DNA of 64,000 nt from Halobacteriovorax sp. (GTDB lineage: Bacteria > Bdellovibrionota > Bacteriovoracia > Bacteriovoracales > Bacteriovoracaceae), in NCBI RefSeq assembly GCF_041587335.1, contig NZ_JBFGYP010000002.1:3928-67927 (forward strand). Reading direction: 5' to 3'. A program made the translations under genes and the position numbers. Below, piece by piece: positions 55,443-63,531 of the stretch (position 1 is its first letter; each line of letters begins with the position of its first letter). The notes under the pieces were generated by a model. The model saw only the letters and a list, made by a program, of their open reading frames with translations. It was not told the origin of the DNA and searched no databases.

Positions 55443-57179
55443 ATGCAAATAAACATACGCCAAACACACCATACAATTGGTGATTTTGATAACATTTTTA
55501 CATATCTAAAAAATTTAATAGAGAAAAACGAAGATTCTAAGGATCTTTTTGTTTTCCCAGAGCTATTCCTGACTGGATATCCACTGCAAGACCTCTGCCT
55601 TCAAAGATCATTTATTGAGAGATATGAGGAGCTTTTAGATAAGCTAGACGCACTGAGAAATCCAAAGATGCCTACAATGTTACTTGGTGGTCTAGAGTAT
55701 AAGATGGATCAAGATGGCATCCCTCTTAAGATTCGAAATGTAATATATGAATATAGCTCAAAAGGGCTAACTCCCCTCTACACTAAGAAGCTACTTCCTA
55801 ACTATGACATCTTTGATGAACAAAAATACTTTTCAGCAGGAAGTGAGAACTCAATCTATAATTTTCAAGGAAAGTCTTTTGGGCTTCTTATTTGTGAAGA
55901 CATGTGGATGAGTAGTATGCACACCACTGATCCTGTCAAAGAGCTTTTTGAAGAGGTTCAAGAAAAGAATATCCAATTAGACGGGGTCATTAACCTGTCT
56001 GCCTCACCGTTCTACCTTGGAAAAGATAAAACACGCTTAATTAGGGCCTCAGAAATTTCTCAACTCTTTGCTTGTCCATTCATCTATACCAATAGAGTTG
56101 GCGGAGAGGATGAGATTTTATTTGATGGCTCAAGCTTTGTTGTTAATGGTGCCCAAATTACACATAGAGCAAAGTTCTACCAGGAAGATGTTCTATCATA
56201 TCAACTGGAGACCTTTTCAGGTGAGGTTGATCAAAAGAAAGCACTGAACGATAAAGTAAACTCTTGGGAATCCTTATTTAAGGCAAATATTACTAAGAAT
56301 AAGGAAGGTAACTTTAGATTGCCCGAACTTACAGATGAAGATTGTGAAGAGATTCTCCAGTCACTTCGTTTTGGTATTCAAGAATATGCTAGAAAATCAG
56401 GTTTTAAAAACTTCGATGTGGCCCTTTCAGGAGGAATTGACTCAGCTCTTGTTCTTGCAATTATGAAACTCTCTCTTGAAGAAGGGCAAAACTTAGAGGC
56501 CATCTTTATGCCGGGCTTTTTCTCGGCAACTATGAGTTACGACCTCTCTTTTGAAATGTGTAAGAAAATTGGCGTAAAACTCTCTACATTTCCAATAAAG
56601 TTCGCTCACAGCTCACTTCGAAACCAGTATAACGATGTGTTTAAAGATCCGATGGAAGGTCTTTGTGATGAAAATATCCAAAGTAGACTAAGAGGTGCAA
56701 TTCTTTACGCAAGGTCTAATCAAAGAAACTCAATGGTTCTCAATACATCTAATAAGTCTGAGTTAAGTGTTGGTTACTCAACTCTTTACGGTGACAGTGT
56801 AGGAGCAATAAGCCCACTAGGAGATCTATATAAAACAGAAGTATTCGCACTCTCTAGATATATTAATAAGAAGTATGGGGAGATAATACCTAACGGAATT
56901 ATAGATCGTCCTCCTTCAGCAGAATTAAGAGAAGATCAAGAAGATTCCCAGTCTCTACCTGAGTACCCTATCCTTGATACTATTCTTGAGGGAATCCTCT
57001 CCTATAGACTTAGCCCTAAAGATCTCATTGAGATGGGCTTAAATAATGAAGAAGTAAGTAAAGTTTTCAAACTTTATTCACGAAGTGAATATAAGAGAAA
57101 ACAATTCTGTCCAATTATTAAAATAAAGGCTAAAAGCTTTGGAACAGGTTACAGAATTCCAATTTGTAAAATAAATTAA
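55443..57179 (+). CDS. nadE: glutamine-dependent NAD+ synthetase
   Basis: N-terminal CN-hydrolase domain (FPELFLTGY, ICEDMW) plus C-terminal synthetase with P-loop ALSGGIDSA. Confidence 0.9.
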   Translation: MQINIRQTHHTIGDFDNIFTYLKNLIEKNEDSKDLFVFPELFLTGYPLQDLCLQRSFIERYEELLDKLDALRNPKMPTMLLGGLEYKMDQDGIPLKIRNVIYEYSSKGLTPLYTKKLLPNYDIFDEQKYFSAGSENSIYNFQGKSFGLLICEDMWMSSMHTTDPVKELFEEVQEKNIQLDGVINLSASPFYLGKDKTRLIRASEISQLFACPFIYTNRVGGEDEILFDGSSFVVNGAQITHRAKFYQEDVLSYQLETFSGEVDQKKALNDKVNSWESLFKANITKNKEGNFRLPELTDEDCEEILQSLRFGIQEYARKSGFKNFDVALSGGIDSALVLAIMKLSLEEGQNLEAIFMPGFFSATMSYDLSFEMCKKIGVKLSTFPIKFAHSSLRNQYNDVFKDPMEGLCDENIQSRLRGAILYARSNQRNSMVLNTSNKSELSVGYSTLYGDSVGAISPLGDLYKTEVFALSRYINKKYGEIIPNGIIDRPPSAELREDQEDSQSLPEYPILDTILEGILSYRLSPKDLIEMGLNNEEVSKVFKLYSRSEYKRKQFCPIIKIKAKSFGTGYRIPICKIN

Positions 57180-57194
57180 CATTAGGAGTAACAA

Positions 57195-57731
57195 ATGGAT
57201 TTTAAAGTTCAAGATTTTATGAAGCAATTAAAGAATATCGGAAAAGATATTGAAGACATTGTAAAAAACAACGAGCTAAAAGAAGTACAAAAGCAAGTTA
57301 AGTCTTTTGTGAAGAAAGCAGAAAAAGACGTTAAGAACCTTGTAGAAAAAGATGTAAATCTTCTTCTTAAAAAGTTTGAAACTGAAAAGAAGAGAATTGA
57401 AAAAGTCGTTGATAAGACTGTTCAAGCTGAAGTTAAAAAAGCTAAGGCCTTTGTTGACGATCAGATGAAAGAGCTTACTAAACTTCAAAAGCAAGTTGAA
57501 AAGTATGTTTCAAAACCAGCTCCAGCAGCTAAGACAACAAAGAAGAAAGCTAAAAAGACTACTGCCAAGAAAACAGTAACTAAGAAGAAAGCTACTAAAA
57601 AAGCTCCGGCAAAGAAGAAAGCGACTGCCAAAAAAGCTGTCTCTAAGAAAACAACTAAAAAGGCCACACCTAAGAAGAAGCCTGTTGCTAAGAAGACTCA
57701 ATCGAGCAAAGCACCTGCTAAAAAGAAATAA
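57195..57731 (+). CDS. phasin-like coiled coil fused to a Lys/Ala/Thr-rich histone-H1-like tail (PhaF/AlgP-like architecture)
   Basis: N-terminal amphipathic repeats (KQVKSFVKKAEKDVKNLVEKD...). C-terminal 70 aa of KKAxKK repeats. Followed by a strong terminator. Confidence 0.6.
   Translation: MDFKVQDFMKQLKNIGKDIEDIVKNNELKEVQKQVKSFVKKAEKDVKNLVEKDVNLLLKKFETEKKRIEKVVDKTVQAEVKKAKAFVDDQMKELTKLQKQVEKYVSKPAPAAKTTKKKAKKTTAKKTVTKKKATKKAPAKKKATAKKAVSKKTTKKATPKKKPVAKKTQSSKAPAKKK
57513..57728 (+). repeat. low-complexity coding repeat (AAG/AAA/GCT-rich) encoding a KKAxAKK tail
   Basis: Repeated aagaagaaagc/aaaaaagct units visible in the DNA. They generate three spurious antisense ORFs in the track. Confidence 0.7.
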
Positions 57732-57742
57732 ATTAGTAATTT

Positions 57743-57770
57743 AAAAGAGAGGAGAAATCCTCTCTTTTTT
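57743..57770 (+). terminator. rho-independent terminator of the phasin/H1-like gene
   Basis: aaaagagagga-gaaa-tcctctctttt, then a T-run. 11-bp stem. The T-run overlaps the stop of the convergent receiver gene. Confidence 0.75.
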
Positions 57771-58140
57771 ATCCTGCCGCTTTTATAGAAAACTTTTCAA
57801 TATATTCTAAAAATTCATTACGTAAAATAGGTTTTTGTAAATAATCATTGAATGAAGATTTATTTATCTTTTCAACTTCATTTTTAGAAGTGTGTGCAGT
57901 TAGAGCGCAAACAAAAAGGTCTTTTGCTTTCTCAGATTCACGAACGTCTTTAAGTACTTCAAAACCATCTTTAAGTGGCATTTGAATATCTAAAAAAAAC
58001 ATATCAAAATGTTCTTCATTAATTTTTGTAAGGGCCTCGTCTGCATCAGACACCATAACAAACTCATCAGAAGACTTCTTAACATAGAGCTTGAGTAAAT
58101 TTAAATTATCTAAACTGTCATCAAGTAGTAATATGCGCAC
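57769..58140 (-). CDS. single-domain CheY-like response regulator
   Basis: LLLDDS, phospho-Asp context FFLDIQMP, ALTAH, LQKP. Confidence 0.85.
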   Translation of the reverse strand: MRILLLDDSLDNLNLLKLYVKKSSDEFVMVSDADEALTKINEEHFDMFFLDIQMPLKDGFEVLKDVRESEKAKDLFVCALTAHTSKNEVEKINKSSFNDYLQKPILRNEFLEYIEKFSIKAAG

Positions 58141-58143
58141 AGT

Positions 58144-59610
58144 CTACCTTCCCTTTAGAAATGTTAAAGTAAAAGTTGTCCCAATTTTTTCTTGGCTCTC
58201 TACTTCAACGCGTCCTCTATGCTTCTCAATAATATCTTTTACAATACTTAACCCTAAACCGGTACTCTTTTGACCTTCAAGTCCTAAACGTCCGAGTCCA
58301 GACATTTTAGAGAAAACCTTTTCCATATGCTTCTCGGGAATCCCTATACCAGAGTCAGTGATACTACACTTAATATAGTCTCCCTCTTCCCAAACTCTTG
58401 TAACTATCTTACCACCACTTGGTGTAAATTTAAGAGCATTTGAATAAATATTTGAAAACACTCTTCTCAACATTGGCTCATTGCCAAGAATAATAGGCTC
58501 TTTTACGTCAATTTTTAAGTCATACTCAAGCTGCTTCTTAGAAATCCCCTTAACCTGCTTGAGAATATACTCAACAACCTTAGTAACCTTAAGGTTTTTC
58601 ATAGCGACTTCACCGCTCAAGTGCACTTCACTACAAGTTAGGATGTCATCAACGAGTGAGAGTAAATCTTTAGATGCATTATTAATAATATCTAAGATCT
58701 CAACGCCCTCTTCATCTAAATGAGTGTCTGACTTAAGAACATCTGTATAGCCAATAATTGAATTCAGAGGAGTTTTTAAGTCATGAGAACAAACAGCAAG
58801 AAACTGGTCTTTAACATTACTTAGATTCTTTAACTCTTCAATATATACATTAAGAGCTCTCGTATTTTGAGAACTTTCCAATTGTAACTTCATTTTTGTA
58901 TAGAGCTCTTCTTTAAGAAATGGCTTAGAAATATAATCATTACCACCACTTCTATAAAACTCTAAAATCTCTTCTTTATCTAGCGTTGAAGAAGTAAAAA
59001 TAATGGGAAGCTCTTTGAGTCCTAACTCATTTCTAATCTTCTTTGTTAACTCTGCCCCATTCATAGCAGGCATAATATAATCGACCAAGAGTAAGTCTGC
59101 TGACTCTTCTTCGAGATACTTTAAGCACTCCTCACCAGACATAAACCACTTAACAACAGAACCCATATTCTCGACATAGGAAGAGATAATTCGAGCAGAA
59201 GTCTTATCATCTTCTACTACTACAACCTTTGCCCCCTTCCACAATAAATCGGGCTCAAGGAGGTTTCTTGAGATTTTTATAATTTTAGCTAAATTGGTTC
59301 TATCTACAAAATCACTCCCACCATTTGAAATCGACTCAATTCGCTGGGATATGACATCATTCTCACCAAGAAATAAAATAGGAGTAGACGAAAGATTATA
59401 ATCAATAACTCTTGAACTTCTTATAAAACGAGATATAGAAAACCCCACCTCATCAGCAGGCAAGAGAAAGAGACTTGGGCACCTCAGTTCTACAAAATCA
59501 GCGACTTCACTCTTAGTTGAGCATATAAATACGTTATATCCATTACTTATAAAAGTCTCTTGGATACGCTCAACTGAAAAATCTTGATGTTTTATAATTA
59601 GTACATTCAT
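58144..59610 (-). CDS. cytoplasmic hybrid histidine kinase: pseudo-receiver, receiver, HisKA, HATPase
   Basis: First REC lacks the Asp (LFLLPADE). Second is intact (VVVEDD, LLLVDYIMP, ISKPF). H-box CSHDLKTPLNSI, N-box NIYSNALKF, DSGIGI, GLGLS. No TM segment. Confidence 0.85.
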   Translation of the reverse strand: MNVLIIKHQDFSVERIQETFISNGYNVFICSTKSEVADFVELRCPSLFLLPADEVGFSISRFIRSSRVIDYNLSSTPILFLGENDVISQRIESISNGGSDFVDRTNLAKIIKISRNLLEPDLLWKGAKVVVVEDDKTSARIISSYVENMGSVVKWFMSGEECLKYLEEESADLLLVDYIMPAMNGAELTKKIRNELGLKELPIIFTSSTLDKEEILEFYRSGGNDYISKPFLKEELYTKMKLQLESSQNTRALNVYIEELKNLSNVKDQFLAVCSHDLKTPLNSIIGYTDVLKSDTHLDEEGVEILDIINNASKDLLSLVDDILTCSEVHLSGEVAMKNLKVTKVVEYILKQVKGISKKQLEYDLKIDVKEPIILGNEPMLRRVFSNIYSNALKFTPSGGKIVTRVWEEGDYIKCSITDSGIGIPEKHMEKVFSKMSGLGRLGLEGQKSTGLGLSIVKDIIEKHRGRVEVESQEKIGTTFTLTFLKGR

Positions 59611-59745
59611 CGTTCTCTATTTATCGGATTATTAAGATTAAACTAAATTGATTTTACCACATAAAGATACGTAAACATTTATTAGTTAGCAAATCTTTAG
59701 GAAAAATTGTTATTGCCCATTCTTACTCATGGCAAAATAGTAATA

Positions 59746-59756
59746 TGGTATATAAT
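59746..59756 (+). promoter_or_regulatory. candidate -10 element upstream of the Hpt-RR-RR operon
   Basis: tggtatataat contains TATAAT at 59751-59756, about 45 nt upstream of the GTG start. No convincing -35 element. Confidence 0.3.
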
Positions 59757-59800
59757 GAAAACTATAACTATTTAGAAACCTAAAATACAGGAGAAAAAGT

Positions 59801-60109
59801 GTGGACTTAATCTACGTGGAAATTGACGAGGAACTTGAGGATATAGTGCCTGGATTTTTAGAGAATAGAAGAAACGATATTGTGAAGCTTCTTAGTTTTT
59901 ACGAAGAACGAAACTACGAAGAATTAGAAAGAATAGGCCATAAAGTAAGTGGAAGCGCTGGAGGTTATGGTTTTCATGAACTAGGAAAGATTGCAAAATC
60001 TATAGAGGTCAACGCCCCAAAAAGCAATGACGATACCCTAGGTCAGTTAATAAATGAGTTTAAGAGTTATGTGGAGAACTTAGAAATAAAATATATCAAG
60101 GTGGATTAA
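59801..60109 (+). CDS. Hpt-domain phosphotransfer protein
   Basis: GTG start with AGGAGAAAAA upstream. HKVSGSAGGYGF matches the Hpt HxxKGxxxxxG site. About 100-aa helical protein. Confidence 0.75.
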   Translation: MDLIYVEIDEELEDIVPGFLENRRNDIVKLLSFYEERNYEELERIGHKVSGSAGGYGFHELGKIAKSIEVNAPKSNDDTLGQLINEFKSYVENLEIKYIKVD

Positions 60110-60790
60110 TTGAAAGAAACAAAGAAGTACATTCTAGTTGTTGATGATGATCTAGATATACTAGTCTTCTGCGAAAAAATTCTTTCAAATATGGGCGCCG
60201 TAGTACTAAAGGCGGTTAATATTGAAGATGCACTTGTCAAAGTTCTTGAATATGCTCCCCATATAATTTTTCTAGACTTAGATTTAGAAAATGACTCAGG
60301 ATTTAAACTCTTAGATACTTTAAAAGAAAAAGGGATCTTAGATAAAATCACAGTAAATATTATCTCAAATAAACAGACTAAAGAGTCGATAATTCTATCT
60401 AAGAAATATGGTGTTCAGAATTACTTAATAAAACCATTTAGCAATAACACCCTTGTTAACACTGTAAAAAAGTACTCACGATCATCAGATCTCCCTACTT
60501 ATGAAGCAGAAAGTAAATACATAAAGGCAAAGATGTTCATACCTGGAGAGCTCGTTAAGTTTAATGAGATATCACTCGTATTTAGGTCTCGAGTCAAATT
60601 TATGGAGAAAGAGAAAATAGAGATAAGTAGTAGCTTCTTAAATGAAATGAAAATAAAGAAAGGTCATATAAAAATATATCAAAAATCGAGAGATATAAAT
60701 CCCGGAATATATGACACTGTGATGCAGCTAATAGGACTGCCAGAAGCAATGCTTCAAGCAATTAGAAAACGACAAAAAAGAAGGGTCTAA
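60110..60790 (+). CDS. response regulator: receiver plus about 100-aa PilZ-like C-terminal domain (motifs degenerate)
   Basis: TTG start directly after the Hpt stop, SD AAGGTGG. LVVDDD, IIFLDLDLEN, LIKPF. The C-terminal beta-rich domain is paralogous to that of the next gene. Confidence 0.8.
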   Translation: MKETKKYILVVDDDLDILVFCEKILSNMGAVVLKAVNIEDALVKVLEYAPHIIFLDLDLENDSGFKLLDTLKEKGILDKITVNIISNKQTKESIILSKKYGVQNYLIKPFSNNTLVNTVKKYSRSSDLPTYEAESKYIKAKMFIPGELVKFNEISLVFRSRVKFMEKEKIEISSSFLNEMKIKKGHIKIYQKSRDINPGIYDTVMQLIGLPEAMLQAIRKRQKRRV

Positions 60791-60791
60791 A

Positions 60792-61493
60792 TTGGACAAG
60801 AGAAAAATACTTACTATTGATGATGACAATGACATAAATGTATTTCTTAAAGAAATACTTTCTGAAGAAGAATACTTTGTTAGAACGTCAAAAACAGCTC
60901 CAGAATTCTTTGAAGAGTTCAATAAGTATGTACCTGACTTATGTGTAGTTGATCTAAACCTAGAGGCTTCAAAAGGCGCTGGCTACGAAATTCTAAGGGC
61001 CATCAGAAAGAAATTTGGTAATCAAATAAAGATTGTCATTGTTTCAAGAAGATCTCAAGAAGAGGACATACAGAAAGGTCTTGATTTAGGAGCTGATGAC
61101 TATATTACTAAGCCACTAGATAAAACCACTGTCCAATGTAAAATTAATGCAGTCCTTGGAGATATGTATAAAGATTCATCATCACTTCCCTATTTTGCGG
61201 TTCCTTCAAACTCACGAGAGTCACATATAGAACTAGACCTTGAAGTAGTGAAGCTAACTGAGGAAAGTGTCACATTTAAATCATCTAACTTTATCTCAAA
61301 AGGAAATAAAGTAAGAATGACTGGTGAACTTTTTGAGAAAATATCTACATCAGCGAGTGTTTTTGGAACAATTTTTTCAACGACCAAAGATGAAGGTTCC
61401 CTAACTTACACAGTAACTGTAAAATTTGATTTTGAAGACTTAGAACTTATGACAAATATTAGAAAAGTTCTATTTGGGATAAAGACCATTTAG
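60792..61493 (+). CDS. response regulator: receiver plus about 100-aa PilZ-like C-terminal domain (motifs degenerate)
   Basis: TTG start 1 nt after the previous stop. LTIDDD, LCVVDLNLE, VSRRS, ITKPL. C-terminal domain similar to that of 60110-60790. Confidence 0.8.
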   Translation: MDKRKILTIDDDNDINVFLKEILSEEEYFVRTSKTAPEFFEEFNKYVPDLCVVDLNLEASKGAGYEILRAIRKKFGNQIKIVIVSRRSQEEDIQKGLDLGADDYITKPLDKTTVQCKINAVLGDMYKDSSSLPYFAVPSNSRESHIELDLEVVKLTEESVTFKSSNFISKGNKVRMTGELFEKISTSASVFGTIFSTTKDEGSLTYTVTVKFDFEDLELMTNIRKVLFGIKTI

Positions 61494-61861
61494 TCGATAT
61501 TCGTCATTTTCTTAATCACAGATTCAAAAGTTTCTTTATCAAAAGGCTTATTCATAAAGTAAGTATTTCTCTGATCAATATCATAAAACTCTTTTAAGTA
61601 GAGATCATTAGAAGAGATATAGATTATAGGAACTTCTATTTTGAGCATATCCCTTAACATTCCTCCAAGCTTAAAACCATTAACATGCTTTAAGTTCACA
61701 TCAATGACTAGGACATCTGGTTTATTTTCTGAAACAAAGTCCATAGCTTGAAATTCATTTTCAAATGAATGCCCATGACCAAGGTCACAATTTTCAATGA
61801 AGTTATTTAAGAGGGCAACCATCTCAGATGAGTCATCTATTACTATAAACTTCAAGTTCAT
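61490..61861 (-). CDS. single-domain CheY-like response regulator
   Basis: FIVIDDS, VLVIDVNLKHVNG, YISSN, MNKPF. Confidence 0.85.
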   Translation of the reverse strand: MNLKFIVIDDSSEMVALLNNFIENCDLGHGHSFENEFQAMDFVSENKPDVLVIDVNLKHVNGFKLGGMLRDMLKIEVPIIYISSNDLYLKEFYDIDQRNTYFMNKPFDKETFESVIKKMTNID

Positions 61862-61872
61862 CTGCGCTCCTC

Positions 61873-63381
61873 CTATGTTTCACTCCCAACTGGTAAGTAA
61901 TACTCTAGTTTATACTTTTTAAGATAGTAATTAACATTGAAACCATTACTGTCTCTTGTTTGTAGAGATATTCCTTTTGAAAGTAGATACTTAAATATTA
62001 CTTCATTGCGTTTAGCGACAGCAATCATTAAATATGTACGTCCCTTAACTCTCCGATTTAATGGAGCTCCAGCCTCTACTAGCATTTTAACAATATTGAA
62101 TCTTTCTTTAAATATGGCAAAATATAGAGGCTCTCTGCCATCATTATCTTTAACTGTAAGCTTAGCTCCTTTGGAGATTAAAAACTCAACAATTTCGGGT
62201 AAATCTTTAACCACAGCAAAGTGAAGAGCTGAATATCCTCCACGACAAAGAGTATCGACCTTCTCTCCTGCTTCAAGTGCAAGCTTAGCTTCTTTCATAT
62301 CTTCTAAAAATACGGCCAACATAAGTCTGGTATAGCCTGCATCGCTTCTAGCAAGAGGACCCTCATCTTTTAAGGCCTCAAGATCGCTAATATGCTTAAT
62401 TCTAAGGAGTTCTTTTTCATCACTACTGAGCCCTTTTCCAGATATAATAGTTAGCTCATCACCAATACTTTCTTCTAGTTGATTTTCAATATTCCCTAAA
62501 GTGCTTTCTTCTTCCTCGCCTGTAACAAGGGTAACTTCTTCGGTTAAATCTTCTTTGGAGCCTTTGATTATTTTCTTTCTCTCTTTCCCTTCTTCTTCTT
62601 TTTTACCAGCAATGTGTTTAATATCATCTGCTAGATCTTCTTTCTCTCCTCGCACAAGTTGGCTACTTGATTGATCATCTTCACCACCGGATAGGACATA
62701 TTTAGAGTTATCAGTTAAGCTATCCCCTAGGCCCTTAACGATCTGCTTAGACTCCTGAGAATCTTTTTCTCCTGAAACAACTTCAGACGTATCTGTTAGA
62801 TTTTCTTTAGCGCCTTTGACAACTTGCTTTCCATCTTTATTATTTTTTTTTCCAGAAACAACTTGTGTCTCATCATTAAGATCCTCTTTGGCACCTTGAA
62901 CAACTTGGCGCTCATCGCCACCTTCATCGAATCCTTTGATATCAAAAGACTCATCTCCAATATCTTCACCTTTACCTTTAACCGTATGGGTGTCTTTGCT
63001 CGAATCGAATTTAGTACCTCCATACTCAAATTCTTTATATTTTTCTAGGAGATTTAGGATTTCATCTTTAGTAAAAGGCTTGGGAAGACAATCCAATATG
63101 GTGACATTCTTTTCTAGTACTCTCTGACAATACGCATCAGTCAAGTATGAGCTCATCAAGAAGATAGGTCGTCGACCACTTTTCTTTAAGACCTTATGAC
63201 TAGTTTCATTATTGCCAATAACAATATCTAAAAATATAAAGGCTATATCTTCATGCTCTAAGTGAATTAAAGCTGTTTCATTATCAAAGGCAAAATGTAG
63301 CCTATAATCCAAACCTTTAAAGTGGATTTTTAGAAGCCTATGAATGTCTAAGTCATCATCTACGATAAGAATATGTTTCAT
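61873..63381 (-). CDS. response regulator: receiver, acidic tandem-repeat linker and four ankyrin repeats
   Basis: IVDDD, FIFLDIV, LPKPF. About six 27-aa repeats. ANK repeats (GYSALHFAVVKDLPEIVEFLISKGAKL, GREPLYFAIFKERFNIVKMLVEAGAPL, and others). Confidence 0.85.
   Translation of the reverse strand: MKHILIVDDDLDIHRLLKIHFKGLDYRLHFAFDNETALIHLEHEDIAFIFLDIVIGNNETSHKVLKKSGRRPIFLMSSYLTDAYCQRVLEKNVTILDCLPKPFTKDEILNLLEKYKEFEYGGTKFDSSKDTHTVKGKGEDIGDESFDIKGFDEGGDERQVVQGAKEDLNDETQVVSGKKNNKDGKQVVKGAKENLTDTSEVVSGEKDSQESKQIVKGLGDSLTDNSKYVLSGGEDDQSSSQLVRGEKEDLADDIKHIAGKKEEEGKERKKIIKGSKEDLTEEVTLVTGEEEESTLGNIENQLEESIGDELTIISGKGLSSDEKELLRIKHISDLEALKDEGPLARSDAGYTRLMLAVFLEDMKEAKLALEAGEKVDTLCRGGYSALHFAVVKDLPEIVEFLISKGAKLTVKDNDGREPLYFAIFKERFNIVKMLVEAGAPLNRRVKGRTYLMIAVAKRNEVIFKYLLSKGISLQTRDSNGFNVNYYLKKYKLEYYLPVGSET
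62437..62991 (-). repeat. in-frame tandem repeat, about 81 nt / 27 aa, about 6 copies
   Basis: Units such as QVVQGAKEDLNDETQVVSGKKNNKDGK, QVVKGAKENLTDTSEVVSGEKDSQESK, QIVKGLGDSLTDNSKYVLSGGEDDQSSS, QLVRGEKEDLADDIKHIAGKKEEEGKERKK, IIKGSKEDLTEEVTLVTGEEEESTLGN. Confidence 0.75.
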
Positions 63382-63531
63382 AACTCTACTTCGGTATCTT
63401 TCTTAAAATTCGTAAGTATTTATTTACTTCTTAAGAAAATCTAATGCTTAAAATAGACGCGACGCTCAATATGATTTTCTGACTTATTAAGTCTTTTATG
63501 TCAAAATAATAGACTTAATTTGAGAGGTATT

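Noticed and set aside
57276-57701. Three antisense ORFs (57276-57494, 57485-57667, 57510-57701) with Phe/Leu-rich translations.
   Set aside because: They are the reverse-complement reading of the AAG/AAA/GCT-rich lysine repeat of the phasin/H1-like gene. They are artefacts of codon repetition.
59711-59745. attgcccat...atggcaaaat imperfect palindrome and TGGCA, considered as a sigma-54 promoter or operator.
   Set aside because: No TTGC -12 element lies at the required spacing after TGGCA. The palindrome has mismatches. I cannot support it without comparative data.
62437-62991. A periodic direct repeat of about 81 nt, considered as a possible CRISPR-like or satellite array.
   Set aside because: The repeats are in frame within one long ORF. 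The units are diverged, with no unique spacers. They encode a consistent 27-aa peptide motif, so this is a protein tandem repeat.
63481-63520. gacttattaagtc palindrome plus a third GACTTAA copy upstream of the permease gene, considered as an operator.
   Set aside because: It is short and AT-rich and could arise by chance. No adjacent regulator gene supports it.
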